In this document: piece by piece, positions 55,601 to 64,000 of the stretch
How positions within the stretch are numbered: the stretch's first letter is position 1
Layout: each line of letters starts with the position of its first letter
Origin: Octopus vulgaris
Taxonomy: Eukaryota
Assembly (NCBI GenBank): GCA_951406725.2
Contig: OX597816.1
Span: 119,970,001-120,034,000, forward strand
Direction: 5' to 3'
DNA: 64,000 nucleotides
Position numbers and translations under genes: made by a program
The notes under the pieces: model-generated
Told to the model about the DNA's origin: nothing
The model's input: only the letters and a program-made list of their open reading frames with translations
The model's database searches: none

Positions 55601-58600
55601 ATCTCTGCTAAAAGTAAAAATTTCTGTAAAACTAAGTGGATGGAACAAAAACGATTACCATTTCTGCAGAATTACCAATATGTAAAAAAGCAACTGTCTC
55701 TTATCAATATCCACTGGTTTATTAATGAGAAGAGGATTTTCCTTAATGAAGTTACATTATTATGATTGTTGGTTCTTTGCAAGATTTCTTCTTAAAAAAA
55801 ACTAAACATAAGTGCAGACGTGGCTGTATGGTAAGAAGCTTGCTTCCCAACCACATGCTTCTGGGTTCAGTGGGCAAGTGTCTTCTTCTATAGCCTCAGG
55901 CTGACCAAAGCCTTGTGAGTAGATTTGTATCGTAGATAGAAACTGAAAGAAGCATGTTGCACATATTTGTGTATGTGTGTTCCCCACCACTACTTGATAG
56001 GCTGTGTTGGTGTCTTTATGTCCCTGTAACTTAGCAGTTCAGCAATAGAGATCAATAGAATTAGTACCAGGCTTAAGATAAAAACCACTGGGGTTGATTT
56101 ATTTGACTAAAAATTCGTCCAGGCTGTGCTTTAGCATGGCCTTAGTCTAATGACTGAAACAAATAAAAGCAAAAAAAAGATACATTTGATAGGAATGTCA
56201 TTCAAACTTTAAACTGGATCATTTTCTGTCAGCTTTTATTGATATCAGTCAGAACAAATATTTACACAAATCTGATATCATAACTGTAAGCTCTCATATG
56301 AACTTATATTTGTGAAAGTTCATAATTTCTCTGCCTCAGTTATTTTCACATTAGCATTTACTCTTTGTCTGGTCCTAGCCAGTGGCTTCTGGCCATACTG
56401 GGGAAGTTATCATCATTATTTGGTGCCTTCATCATTGTTTTAATGTTCACTTTTCTGTACTCACACAAGTAAATAGAATTCATTGAGGCAAATCTTCTAA
56501 CTGGATGCATTCCTGTTGCCAACACTCACCCGTTTGCAAGCAAGGTAATATTTTCCCAAGGCTGGTCATGTTTTTATGGAAAATTGGAAATAGACACTGC
56601 CTATGTGACAGTGGTGCTTATTAACAAATGTCACATGATGTCAAGACAAGGAGACAAGCATACACTCACACATGCGCACTTGAGTGTTATCATCATCATC
56701 ATCATTTAATGCCTGTCGTCCATGCTGGCATGGGTTGGATGGTTTGACCAGGGCTGGTAAGCTGGAAGGCTGCACCAGACACCAGTCTGATTTGGCATGG
56801 CTTTCTATTGCTGGATGCCCTTCCTAACACCAACCACTCTGAGTGTGTAATGGGTGCTTTATGTGCCACTGGTATGGATGCCATTTGCATGACACCAGTA
56901 TCTTCCACGACTGCAATTTTGTGCTGCTTGATGGGTCTTCTTCTCAAACATGACATAATGTTAAAGGTCTCGGTCATTGCCTTTGTAAGGTCCAACACTT
57001 GAAAGGAATTGTGTATGTATATATTTATGTGTGTATGGCAGATTTCTATCTACCAAATTCGCTCAAAAGGTTATAGTAGAAGACACTTGCCCAAGGTACC
57101 TCACAGTGGAGCAGAACCTGAAACTGTGTAGTTTGGAAGTGAACTTCTCAACCACAAAGCTATACCTGCACCTTGTACTGCAATATGTATGGTGTAAGTT
57201 AGCTTCTATAATATATACTCGTGATTTACACATTTGACAAGTGTCATGGTGTGTTATTAAATCCTTGGCAAACTAAATTTGCAATCTAATTTAATTTCAT
57301 TGCCAAGCAGCTTCACTACATCAGTGTCATTAATGTTTTTGAAAGTGCATAAATACCATAACATTTGTCTATTCTGCCATTAAAGACATCTCAGGTTGCT
57401 TAGCTATAAAAGAAACCACTAAGTTGTATATAACAAATTAAGCAAATATTTTTCTTACTGTCCATTTTTGATTGTCATTATTTCAGCATTCCTGACTGGG
57501 AAGGTGTTGTGGGGCAACCACCGACTGCCGATCAATTTATATCAGCCTTAACTCAAAAAGATGTCATGATGTAAGTAAAGTCAGTTTCACTATTTCATAA
57601 ATTGCACATGTTCTGACTTAATGTTGATCTTTTGATATAACTTAAGAAGTTTGTGACATTAGAAACTTATGATGATGCCTGTTGGAAGATGTAAACATCA
57701 GGGATAAAACAGTGCTTTTGAGTCTCCTCCACAAATATCGTGTATAGTATTTATTCCACTCAAGTTGCATAGATGCTACCTTGTTATTATCATCATCCTC
57801 ATCATCATTTAATGTCTGTTTTTCCTGCTGGCATGAGTGTTGGACAGTTTGATAGGATCTGGTGAGTTGCAGGACTGCATTGGACTCCATTGTTAGCTTT
57901 GGCATGATTTCTACAGCTGGATGCCCTTCCACATGCCCACCACTTTACAGTGTGTACTGGAAAAGAAAGCATCATACTCGGTAACAAAACAGGCAAAGGA
58001 ATACATATGTGAATTCCAAATACATCAAATTCCAGGATTAGATGTACTAGAAACAAGTACAGAAAAAGCTAAGCATTTGAAAACCCGTGCTAAAACTGCT
58101 GCCTTAGATATTCTGAATGATAAATGGCAAGAAAAACCTCTCAATAGCAAATACCCAAAGAGAGCTAATAATGCTGATGTTGACAAAGCCCTTACCCATC
58201 AATGGTTAATGGCTTCTGGCTCAAAATCAGAAGCAGAGGGGTTTATCATAGTAGCCCAAGATCAATGCCTACCTACAAAAAACTATCAGGCCAACATATT
58301 GAAGAATGGCAGCTGCCCAACATGTTGTGTATGTCAACAACAAAATGAAACCATTGTTCATGTTGTCTCCATGTGCAGTCTTCTTGCACCTATAGTACAT
58401 CTCAACAGGAATGATAGAGCAGCACAATATATTCACTGGGTAATTTGCAAAAACCTGGACCTGCCCCATGATAAAAACTGGTGGGAACACAAACCACTTC
58501 CAGTGCTTGGAAATGATCACATCTCATTCCTCGGGAACTTCACCATTCAAACTGACAGAAAGATAGATGCAAATAGGCCAGACATTATATTGAAAAACTT

Positions 58601-61600
58601 CAGACAAAAATCATGCCTGCTCATTGATATGACTGTCTCAATTGATATTAATGTATCTGTCAAGACCTACCAAAAACTGAACAAGTATAAAGACCTTGAA
58701 ATAGAAATTGGCAAAATGTGGAACCTGAAGACTAAAACAATACCTGTTGTCAGGTGCCCTAGGAATGATAGCAAAAGGGGCTGATTGTTTCCTAGCTCAG
58801 ACACTAGGAAACCCCAAAATGGCAGAAATTCAAAAAATAGTGCTCATTGGAACTGCCCATATCCTATGTAAAATACTGTCTATGTAATCTCAAATTTTAA
58901 AGTAAACTCATAATTTTCTTATGTTTTCTTAAACATTCTCTAGAACAACACTATGTACAAAACCAAATATATGACACCCTACGCATAACACCAACATGAA
59001 CGTCTAACTTGTTGTCTCTTGAGTTTTCTGGGTGAGACTTGGAGCCAACCTGTACAAATACAAAGCAAAAGTCAAACATATAATGATAATATTAATGTAT
59101 GTGTGTGTCTGCCATAATCTCTAATATTTCATTTTTCCAGATATTGTGGTCATGGCAGTGGCAGTAAATACTTACATGGCGATCACTTACAAAACTTAAA
59201 CTGTCATGCTGCTGCTATATTAATGGGATGCAGTAGTGGCTATATGGAAGCAAAAGGTGTCCTTGATGAATGTGGAATGATTACCAACTACTATTTGGCA
59301 TTCTGGTAAATCTTACATTTCTCCTTTCTTCATTATCTATTACGATTATAATTTCTCTTTTGTCTGTGTTGGTTTATTTTTTTCATTTTACTCTTTCTAA
59401 CCCCTTTCAACCGTGAAGTCCATTATAATCAAATTAGGTCATAAAATTCCTAATGAAAACTCTGTCTGCCATCTCTAGAGCTGCAATCACCAAGCATTTT
59501 TGTGCTATAGACTGGTTTCATGCAAGACAATTTTTCCCTGGACTGGGGGCTCATGTGTATAACAAAGGACAATAAGGTGCATAATATATAAGTTAATTAT
59601 TACAAATATGATACATATATATTACATATATAATACAAAAGCACCCTGCAGATTGTGATAGTCAATAAAATACAAATATAATATAAAAGTTTATTCATTC
59701 TGTGCAGCCCAGTACCAAATGACCCACAGCTCAGTACTGGTCCATGGTCTACTTCAAAGTAAGTTAGGTTGGTGGAGTTCATTACACCCCAAGCTGTATT
59801 TTAAACCACACTCTGCAAGCTAATGAAACACTTGTCAAATAAAACTAGGGAATTGCTATGTGGTTGCTTGACCTGCTAAAAATAGCTGCCAAATTCCAGT
59901 CAAATTTCATCCCCTAGCATCGTAAAAATCATATGGATATGCTACAAAGGTAAAGGTGACGTTTAGATACAAATAATTACAGAGGTATCAAGTTGTTGGA
60001 TCAAGTAATGAAGGTCACTAAGTGGGTCATAGCCCAACTAGTTAAGGAGAGTCAGTTTAGACAAGATGCAGTTTGGGTTTGTGCCAGGGAAAAGCACCAC
60101 TGATGCTATATTTCTGGTAGGACAGCTGAAGGAGAAATACCTAGCCAAAGATAAACCTCTGTACCTGGCTTTCGTTGACATGGAGAAAGCCTTTGACAGG
60201 ATCCCCCAATCCCTTATCTGGTGGTCAATGAAGAAACTAGGGATAGATGAATGGTTAGTGAGAGCTGTGCAAGCCATGTACAGAGATACTTTCAGTAAGG
60301 TGAGGGTTAGCAACGAGTACAGTGAAGAATTCTGGGTAGAAGTAGGGGTTCACCAAGGTTCAGTCCTCAGCCCCCTCCTATTTATCATAGTCCTCCAGGC
60401 AATAACAAAGGAATTTAAGACAGGTTGTCCCTGGGAGCTCCTCTATGCTGATAACTTTGTTCTAATTGCTGAGTCACTATCAGAATTAGAGAAGTTTCAG
60501 GTGTGGAAGCAAGGATTAGAATCAAAGGGCCTTAGAGTCAACCTAGCTAAAAGCACCCACTACACCCTTGGAGTGGTTGGTGTTAGGAAAGGCATCCAGC
60601 TGTAGAAACTCTGCCAGATGAGATTGGAGTCTGGTGCAACCATCTGGTTCACCAGTCCTCAGTCAAATTGTCCAACCCATGCTAGCATGGAAAGTGGACA
60701 TTAAACGATGATGATGATGACGATCTGTAATGTTGTCCTAGATACACTGAAGAAAATGATTTGGTTATGAAGGCTGGAATGCCATTGATCATAGGACTTC
60801 CTCTATCTGGGTTGACCTGAGGCTAAGCAGCAATAATAACAGTGTTTATTTTGCATTCAGTAGTCAGTCTTTTTCATTACAGCTAGGTGGATGGAACTTA
60901 TGGGTTTTTAATATCTTGGCTGTAAACATAATATAGTATTCTCCCATCAGTCAGCTAGTGACCATTTGCCCAATTTGACTCCCTCTTTTCAAACAGCTAC
61001 AAACTGTTGTAGTTTTAAAAGAACTTGTCAATACACCAGAGAATTCTTCAGTCATTGGTTTTAAAGTCCAGATTATAATTTAAGATTAGTCAACAAAGCC
61101 AACTTCCAATTAAATATTTACTACTATTATTACTTTGAGATACTGATGTATTTTTGAAGAGTGTGGAACAACCTCTTAACCACAATTGTTCCCAAGTCTA
61201 CTCTGACCTGGAGTAGTAGTGCCTGTCAGGGTCCCATCTATCGGTTAATTAGCATATTAGGGTTTGCCTATCTATGCATGTGAAGATTGGATCTAGTGGA
61301 CTCTCCGGAAGAAACCTTCATGGTTCAGCAGAGAGAGATCGCAGATGAGAGAGTGAGGTTGACAGTGCACAACTCTTCTTTACTTTAACCCTTTAGCATT
61401 TAAACCAGCCATATCCGGCACAAATATTCTACCTGTTTTATACTCAAACCAACCAGATCTGACCTGTCACACCTACTCTACAATGTTATTCTAAAAATAT
61501 ACAATCACATCATCAAAGTTTTGAAGCTATCAGATAATGCATGATTAATTCATATCAATGTGAATGAATAAGCATTATATTTCACAGAATAATCTGAATG

Positions 61601-63043
61601 CTAAAAGATTAAACAGAGTCACTCCAAAAGTCATTAGTCATTCTTAAGGATGACTAGATGGTCCTCATCACTAGGATTGATGAACATGTGTATTGTATTA
61701 TAAACTTAGATATGTTTCGACTAAAGTTTGTCCCAGGCCATGTCTAACTTAATAGCACCACCTGATTATATTAGTCATACTGAAGTAAAAAAGTATATTT
61801 TGAACAACTGTTGTGTGTATATGTATGTGTGACTGAATGAGATAGATTTACACTAGCTTTATCTTGTATGTACATTGGTAGAAAATATATACGTATGTGT
61901 GTATATATATATATGTGTGTGTGTGTATATATATATATATGTGTGTGTGTATATATATGTGTGTTTGTATATATATATATATATATATCATCATCATTTA
62001 ACATCTGCTTTCCATGCTGGCATGGGTTGGACAGTTTGACTGAAAACTGATAAGCTGGGGAGCTGCACCAGGTTTCAATCTGATTTGGTAAGATTTCTAC
62101 AGCTGGATGCCCTTCCTAATGCCAACCACTCCAAGAATGTAGTAGGTGCTCTTTACATGTCACTGGCATAGGTGCCATTGATGTGACACTGGTATCAGCC
62201 ATGACTACAATCTCACTTGGCTTGATAGGTCTACACAAGCATGGTATTGCCAAAGGTCTTGGTCACCTGTCACTGCCTCCATGAAGCCAAATGCTCGAAA
62301 GGTGCTTTTTATGTGCCATTGACACAGGTGCCAGTCAGACGGCACTGGCATCAGCCACAACTACGATTTCACTTGGCTTGACAAGCACAGCATATCGTCC
62401 AATGTTTGAAGGGTGCTTTTTATGTGTCAAATTACGCTACACCAGTATTGGCTACAACTATGATCTCACTTGGCTTTACTGATCTTCTCAAGCACTGCAT
62501 ATCGCCAAAGCACTTGATCACTTGTCATTGTCTCCGTGGGGCCCACATTTGAAGATCATGCTTCACCATCTCATCCCATGTCTTCCTGGGTTTACCTCTT
62601 CCACAGGTTGCCTCCACCATTAGAGTGCGCCACTTCTTAACACAGCTGTCCACGTCCATATGCATCACATGACCATACCAATGTAGTCATTTCTCTTGCA
62701 CACCACATCTTATAATATAAACTATACTTCAGTGTGAATGGTGTTATTTTTTAAGTGAATCTGCATGTGTGTGCATGTGCATGTTTTATTTATTTATCAT
62801 AACTGATTTCTTGAATTGATTTGTATTTTCAGCCCCATGATTGTAGCCAACCTTTGGGATGTTACTGATAAAGATATTGACCGCTTTCTACAGGCAATGC
62901 TGAAGAGTTGGATCTCTGTTGGGAATTGCAATGAGAAAAAGGATTGTGTAACGTTGACAAAAGCAGTAGTGAAAGCCAGAGACGCTTGCAGACTTACCTA
63001 CCTCATTGGTTGTGCTCCAGTTGTTTATGGGTTGCCTTTATGA
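6780..63043 (+). CDS. ESPL1: Separase / separin (peptidase C50), whole-gene span; 24 coding exons, about 2449 aa
   Basis: Manual exon chain with GT-AG sites and compatible phases sums to 7350 nt. The C-terminal exons encode WW..R..LD..ME, LGxWKG-like, LILDK/LPWE.MP, YYVLNP, YCGHGSG, LMGCSSG, NLWDVTDKDID and GCAPVVYGLP, all diagnostic of separase. Confidence 0.96.
8045..8340. repeat. Unclassified interspersed repeat, CpG-richer, with an AACCCTAACCCT motif
   Basis: Composition differs from the flanks, with A/T runs and CpGs and a short telomere-like CCCTAA dimer. Confidence 0.4.
8556..9138 (+). mobile_element. Head-to-tail array of three tRNA-derived Nin-domain-like SINEs joined by (ATT)n
   Basis: Units at about 8556-8675 (5' truncated), 8688-8900 and 8917-9130. 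They carry A-box/B-box-like GAGCTGGCAGAA and GAGTTCAAA and the core GCCTTTCATCCTTTCGGGGTCGATAAATTAAGTACC. Confidence 0.8.
9160..9725 (-). mobile_element. Degenerate CR1/L2/Jockey-like LINE 3' fragment
   Basis: The reverse strand gives LLFRTRKY...TIEYC.HI.D...LNYIQRR, typical of the LINE ORF2 C-terminus, with stops. Confidence 0.55.
9961..10206 (+). CDS. ESPL1: Separase exon 2
   Basis: ttttgtag|GAC ... GTG|gtaagt; 246 nt, phase 0-0; overlaps ORF 9970..10245. Confidence 0.85.
10270..10610 (+). mobile_element. RTE-clade LINE 3' fragment
   Basis: Reads LREKL...RRMCWSGHVMRM...KVDGTCGK.R.KKTWDEV. Related pieces lie at 16600-16770 (-) and 62540-62710 (-). Confidence 0.75.
11250..11530 (+). mobile_element. 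Abundant SINE / RTE-tail repeat ending in (GAT)n
   Basis: GGAAGGGCATCCAGC...CCAACCCATGCCAGCATGGAAAA...TTAAATGATGAT family. Further copies near 12860-13030, 16330-16500, 18790-19145, 21400-21560, 25000-25310, 27465-27690, 42150-42370, 43005-43270, 56690-57000, 57790-57958, 60550-60725 and 61988-62540. Confidence 0.8.
13677..14064 (-). mobile_element. Non-autonomous Helitron
   Basis: On the - strand it starts 5'-TC(tttatatataaaag) and ends with a GC-rich hairpin (GAGCAACGCCGGGCG) plus CTAG-3'. It is inserted at A|T and belongs to the same family as 51898-52535. Confidence 0.8.
14372..15299 (+). CDS. ESPL1: Separase exon 3 (helical N-terminal region)
   Basis: Polypyrimidine tract then ttag|GTT ... 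ACAG|gtaagt; 928 nt, phase 0-1; ORF 14423..15313. Confidence 0.9.
15533..15649 (+). CDS. ESPL1: Separase exon 4
   Basis: tttgaag|AT ... ATAG|gtgagt; 117 nt, phase 1-1; reads DDAEEWLYEAERVARIYF... Confidence 0.82.
17090..17217 (+). CDS. ESPL1: Separase exon 5
   Basis: catctag|GA ... CAG|gtaagt; 128 nt, phase 1-0; reads GQWLRNFGRFCY... Confidence 0.85.
17355..17765. mobile_element. Pair of tRNA-derived SINEs in inverted orientation
   Basis: GTGTGGTTA...GGTTCAGTCCCACTGCGTGGCAC..GTGTCTTCTACTATAG on + (about 17360-17500), and its reverse complement at about 17630-17765. Confidence 0.65.
18335..18516 (+). CDS. ESPL1: Separase exon 6
   Basis: ttttcag|AGC ... AA|gtatgt; 182 nt, phase 0-2; reads KTYEYLAEFYKRCGNWEKAL...MWIRIK, TPR-like. 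Confidence 0.85.
20796..20900 (+). CDS. ESPL1: Separase exon 7
   Basis: cttttag|A ... CCAG|gtttgg; 105 nt, phase 2-2; reads KTLKTY...LLEKEWQMY. Confidence 0.82.
22438..22578 (+). CDS. ESPL1: Separase exon 8 (alternative in-frame acceptor at 22447)
   Basis: ttttag|T or ttttcag|G, both phase 2; ends AA|gtaaga; reads ...YLYELAQLLW. Confidence 0.82.
22905..23122 (+). repeat. About 218-bp near-identical direct duplication (copy 1)
   Basis: Matches 26255-26472 at offset 3350. Confidence 0.9.
23853..24057. mobile_element. piggyBac-like MITE
   Basis: TTAA|CCCTTT...AAAGGG|TTAA. A related partial copy ends near 55472. Confidence 0.75.
24608..24746 (+). CDS. ESPL1: Separase exon 9
   Basis: tactcag|A ... 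AAG|gttatt; 139 nt, phase 2-0; reads DYLLEAIELM...QANLLLYI. Confidence 0.85.
26255..26472 (+). repeat. About 218-bp near-identical direct duplication (copy 2)
   Basis: Matches 22905-23122. Confidence 0.9.
26563..26805 (+). CDS. ESPL1: Separase exon 10
   Basis: ctttcag|TGT ... AAG|gtaaga; 243 nt, phase 0-0. Confidence 0.87.
27153..27445. mobile_element. Foldback MITE / long imperfect palindrome
   Basis: Ends tagtcagtcaaattccaaca...tgttggaatttgattgacta; inner arms agacagttgtgcttca / tgaagcacaactgtct. Confidence 0.75.
28376..28651 (+). CDS. ESPL1: Separase exon 11
   Basis: Long pyrimidine tract, tctag|CCC ... CAG|gtatgg; 276 nt, phase 0-0. Confidence 0.87.
28918..30041 (+). mobile_element. 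Degenerate mariner (DD34D) transposon
   Basis: TA|ttagggtgtttggaaagtaatt...aattactttctgaacaccctaa|TA TIRs. Remnant motifs WVPHELT, TINADIY, ILQHDN and WEVLPHSPYS. Confidence 0.9.
30100..30385 (+). CDS. ESPL1: Separase exon 12
   Basis: ctttcag|TTT ... ATAG|gtatga; 286 nt, phase 0-1; reads FTKGIELNQKV... Confidence 0.87.
30968..31296. mobile_element. pogo/Tc2-like MITE
   Basis: TA|ctgtatttgatagtctacaaggtgcac ... gtgtgtcttataggccatcaaatatgg|TA, imperfect TIRs. Confidence 0.65.
31726..31900 (+). CDS. ESPL1: Separase exon 13
   Basis: atttcag|GC ... TG|gtaagt; 175 nt, phase 1-2; LEKWELVSNLL...GDEREAKCFIKEGIKLS...LPRW matches the separase KWQV...G...EAK.F..E block. Confidence 0.9.
32280..32930 (+). 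mobile_element. Degenerate CR1/L2/Jockey-like LINE RT fragment
   Basis: Frameshifted GF...RPTADL, LD.AKA.D, SGVP..VLS.TLFLLYINDL. Confidence 0.65.
33498..34337 (+). mobile_element. Merlin (IS1595/ISXO2-like DDE) DNA transposon, defective
   Basis: TIR GGTGCTAGTATAGTATGC is perfect for 18 bp and imperfect to about 60 bp. The 8-bp TSD is caatagac/gaatagac. Transposase remnant IQINEARF...RKYN.GR...WVFG...LVPII...IHSDEWPAY...HLTVSH...TGAYT.AIE. Confidence 0.88.
34468..37112 (+). CDS. ESPL1: Separase exon 14, giant 2645-nt exon with a Cys cluster and a long disordered regulatory region
   Basis: tttgcag|G ... CCAA|gtgagt; phase 2-1; ORF 34490..37162; CGCHCC motif then an S/K/E-rich low-complexity region. 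Confidence 0.92.
38595..38802 (+). CDS. ESPL1: Separase exon 15
   Basis: ttctag|AC ... AG|gtaagt; 208 nt, phase 1-2; SHFPPCSLHSCIC..LA...AAFYLNESQAVTLRH is a conserved separase block. Confidence 0.92.
39493..39653 (+). CDS. ESPL1: Separase exon 16
   Basis: atttag|G ... CAAG|gtttgt; 161 nt, phase 2-1. Confidence 0.82.
40030..40440 (+). repeat. About 78-bp diverged direct repeat pair
   Basis: caaactgc.atgaaaatgg...tcaaatatgt.ccaaa...ttgaactgatctaaaagttt at 40030-40107 and 40363-40440. Confidence 0.7.
41429..41553 (+). CDS. ESPL1: Separase exon 17
   Basis: ttgtcag|AT ... CAG|gtgagt; 125 nt, phase 1-0; reads LTVCQVSV...YLIVTRY (pseudo-protease domain). Confidence 0.9.
42551..42639. repeat. 40-bp inverted repeat with 9-nt loop
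   Basis: Arms 42551-42590 and 42600-42639. The two differences are G.U pairs in the + strand RNA. Confidence 0.85.
44849..45379. mobile_element. hAT (Charlie/Buster-type) MITE
   Basis: Perfect 8-bp TSD GTCTATGT (44841-44848 and 45380-45387); TIR CAGGGGTGGGGAAAC, 14/15 match. Confidence 0.9.
45443..45559 (+). CDS. ESPL1: Separase exon 18
   Basis: ttgtag|GGA ... GAG|gtaaga; 117 nt; reads DKKHWWNTRHKLDKNME. Confidence 0.94.
46439..46606 (+). CDS. ESPL1: Separase exon 19
   Basis: ccacag|TCT ... GAG|gtctgt; 168 nt; reads MENLWLHSWKGILL. Confidence 0.92.
46773..46815. repeat. (CT)n microsatellite
   Basis: Direct observation. Confidence 0.95.
48936..49728 (+). mobile_element. Helitron-like repeat copy A with internal (CATA)n/(CA)n
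   Basis: Starts A|TCTCTTATTATAAAAGGCAGATTTTATCTGCC and is near-identical to 50749-51520. Confidence 0.65.
49775..50229 (-). mobile_element. Helitron-like repeat copy B (inverted, rearranged variant)
   Basis: Reverse complement of the 5' part of copy A, ending ...CCTTTTATAATAAGAGA|T on +. Confidence 0.65.
50749..51520 (+). mobile_element. Helitron-like repeat copy C
   Basis: Near-identical to copy A, including the microsatellite mosaic. Confidence 0.65.
51526..51875 (+). mobile_element. Mariner transposase N-terminal fragment without TIRs
   Basis: Reads QCQWWFQK...LEDEPHP...TVEELAEKLGFGHSTIH*HL..IGKVSKLGQWVPHELS. Confidence 0.85.
51898..52535 (+). mobile_element. Non-autonomous Helitron (longer copy)
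   Basis: A|TC...CCCGAGCAACGCCGGGCGATACTGCTAG|T with three internal GTCTAC(G)ATGAGTC sub-repeats; homologous to 13677-14064. Confidence 0.85.
52536..52629. repeat. (TA)n/(TG)n microsatellite just upstream of exon 20
   Basis: Direct observation. Confidence 0.9.
52667..52849 (+). CDS. ESPL1: Separase exon 20
   Basis: ttgtag|ATT ... AAG|gtaatt; 183 nt; ends RHPVTLILDK. Confidence 0.92.
53300..53790. mobile_element. Tail-to-tail inverted pair of SINEs
   Basis: ...gatagtctggtca ending near 53508 is mirrored by tgaccagactatc at about 53547; the arms are complementary outward (ggtggcatca/tgatgccacc, ttcttgagcaaaa/ttttgctcaagaa). Confidence 0.7.
54299..54662. repeat. 364-bp spacer-less palindrome
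   Basis: 182-bp arms, centre GA|TC at 54480/54481, 6 mismatches counted by eye. Confidence 0.95.
54988..55205 (+). CDS. ESPL1: Separase exon 21
   Basis: ttgtag|GAA ... AG|gtaaga; 218 nt, phase 0-2; reads EIQHLPWENMPIL...VTRIPS...YYVLNPDANL. Confidence 0.95.
57487..57570 (+). CDS. ESPL1: Separase exon 22
   Basis: tttcag|C ... AT|gtaagt; 84 nt, phase 2-2; reads WEGVVGQPP...LTQKDV. Confidence 0.93.
57958..59095 (+). mobile_element. 5'-truncated RLE-type non-LTR retrotransposon (R4/Dong-like)
   Basis: ORF 57921..58784 has a CxxC...HxxxxC knuckle (CCVCQQQNETIVHVVSMC) and a restriction-like endonuclease (RPDII...LIDMT...K..KYKDL). A frameshifted GTAHIL tail follows, and the 3' end runs into TAA-rich sequence. 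Confidence 0.85.
59141..59305 (+). CDS. ESPL1: Separase exon 23 (catalytic His 59151-59153, catalytic Cys 59229-59231)
   Basis: ttccag|A ... TG|gtaaat; 165 nt; reads YCGHGSGSKYL...LMGCSSG. Confidence 0.96.
59480..59750. mobile_element. Degraded MER1-like hAT MITE
   Basis: actggtttcatgcaagacaatttttccctggac and gtactggtccatggtc resemble recalled MER1-type subterminal motifs; the termini are decayed. Confidence 0.45.
59935..60550 (+). mobile_element. RTE-clade LINE reverse-transcriptase fragment
   Basis: Reads YKGKGD..NNYRGIKLL...QFGFVPGKSTTDAIF...FVDMEKAFD...GVHQGSVLSPLLF...LLYADN. Confidence 0.9.
61389..61608. mobile_element. piggyBac-like MITE
   Basis: TTAA|CCCTTTAGCATT...AATGCTAAAAGA|TTAA. 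Confidence 0.7.
61887..61988. repeat. (TA)n/(TG)n microsatellite mosaic
   Basis: Direct observation. Confidence 0.9.
62833..63043 (+). CDS. ESPL1: Separase exon 24 (last coding exon)
   Basis: ttttcag|C CCC ATG; reads PMIVANLWDVTDKDIDRF...ARDACRLTYLIGCAPVVYGLPL*. Confidence 0.96.
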
Positions 63044-64000
63044 AAAAAATATTTTACAGATTAGTATTAATTGTTAGTTAATATAGCAAAACCAAATGTA
63101 ACATAAATCAGGGATTTCTTTTATAAGCATCTTAAATTTATTTCTTGGGTTTTCTAGAAAATATAACTTCCCAAGTCAAGCATATAATATGTAATTTTTA
63201 TTGAAAGATAGATATGAATTGATTTTGAAAAAGAAGACATCTTAAAACTGCATATAAGCTTCCCTTCATTAAATTAAGAATAATTACAGTTGATTAAGTG
63301 TCTGAGAGCATCATTCTTATTTAATCAAAATTAAAAGAATCTCAACAGATTTTTTAACAGGAATTATCACATGCCAGTATCACTGCCCTACTATGAAATA
63401 GTTTCAGTATTATTATTTTAGTATTTGTAATATCATTTTGTAATAATCTAGGAAGTTTAGAGTGAGAATTTTATATATTAGAATCTTTTCTTTCTTTTAA
63501 AACAAAACAAACAAAAAACAAATAGTGAAACAGTATTTTAGGATCTTTCGTATTTTGTGATGATATAAGTATTGAAATTTATTATCTTTTTTCAACAAAT
63601 CAAAATTATAAAATATTTTTGTTCATTATTTTAGGTAAGTGTTAGAATTTCAGGAATTTTAAAATTAGAACCAGTTATTTCAAGATTAAAAACAGCAAGT
63701 TACTATGGTATTTGTAATTGTGAGTGAACAGATTTTAGTTCAAAATGAGATCTTGCCACTTCAAAGTGAGATTAAGGATTTCAAATGAGTCTTTATCATA
63801 TCAAAGTGAGAATAGTGATTTCTAAGTGAGAATGACACATACAGAGTTATTAAATAGAAATATATCAAAATATTATTTGTAATATCAGCAATGTAAACTT
63901 GCCTGGTTGACTATAAGTTTACATCTGCCCAGCAATGAGGCAAAAAACTCATATGATGGTAATACCTTCAAGTTTTCTTGAGGGGTGAGAACAATAACAA

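Noticed and set aside
63044-64000. Separase polyadenylation site
   Set aside because: Only ATTAAA variants in very AT-rich sequence (e.g. near 63268 and 63330); the site cannot be placed without 3'-end data.

Overview
AT-rich, repeat-dense animal genomic DNA. The repeat families resemble those of an octopus or other coleoid cephalopod, which is an inference from recall and not a database hit. Almost the whole window is one spliced gene on the + strand: separase (ESPL1). I reconstruct 24 GT-AG coding exons from ATG 6780 to TGA 63043. All splice phases are compatible, giving a 7350-nt CDS (2449 aa) with an intact caspase-like His/Cys dyad (YCGHGSG...LMGCSS) and the NLWDVTDKDID motif. Head-to-head with it, 435 bp away, is the first coding exon of a CFAP410/C21orf2-like LRR gene on the - strand. 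The shared intergenic region holds a canonical CDE/CHR element (GGCGG-N4-TTTAAA) overlapped by a MYB site. Introns carry tRNA-derived SINEs, RTE, CR1/L2-like and R4/Dong-like LINE fragments, and mariner, maT, Merlin, hAT, piggyBac, pogo-like and Helitron elements. I see no evidence of a new multi-gene system. The most unusual signals are a 364-bp spacer-less palindrome, a composite Helitron-like cluster with inverted copies, a very large disordered separase exon carrying an AT-hook, and the bidirectional CDE/CHR promoter.
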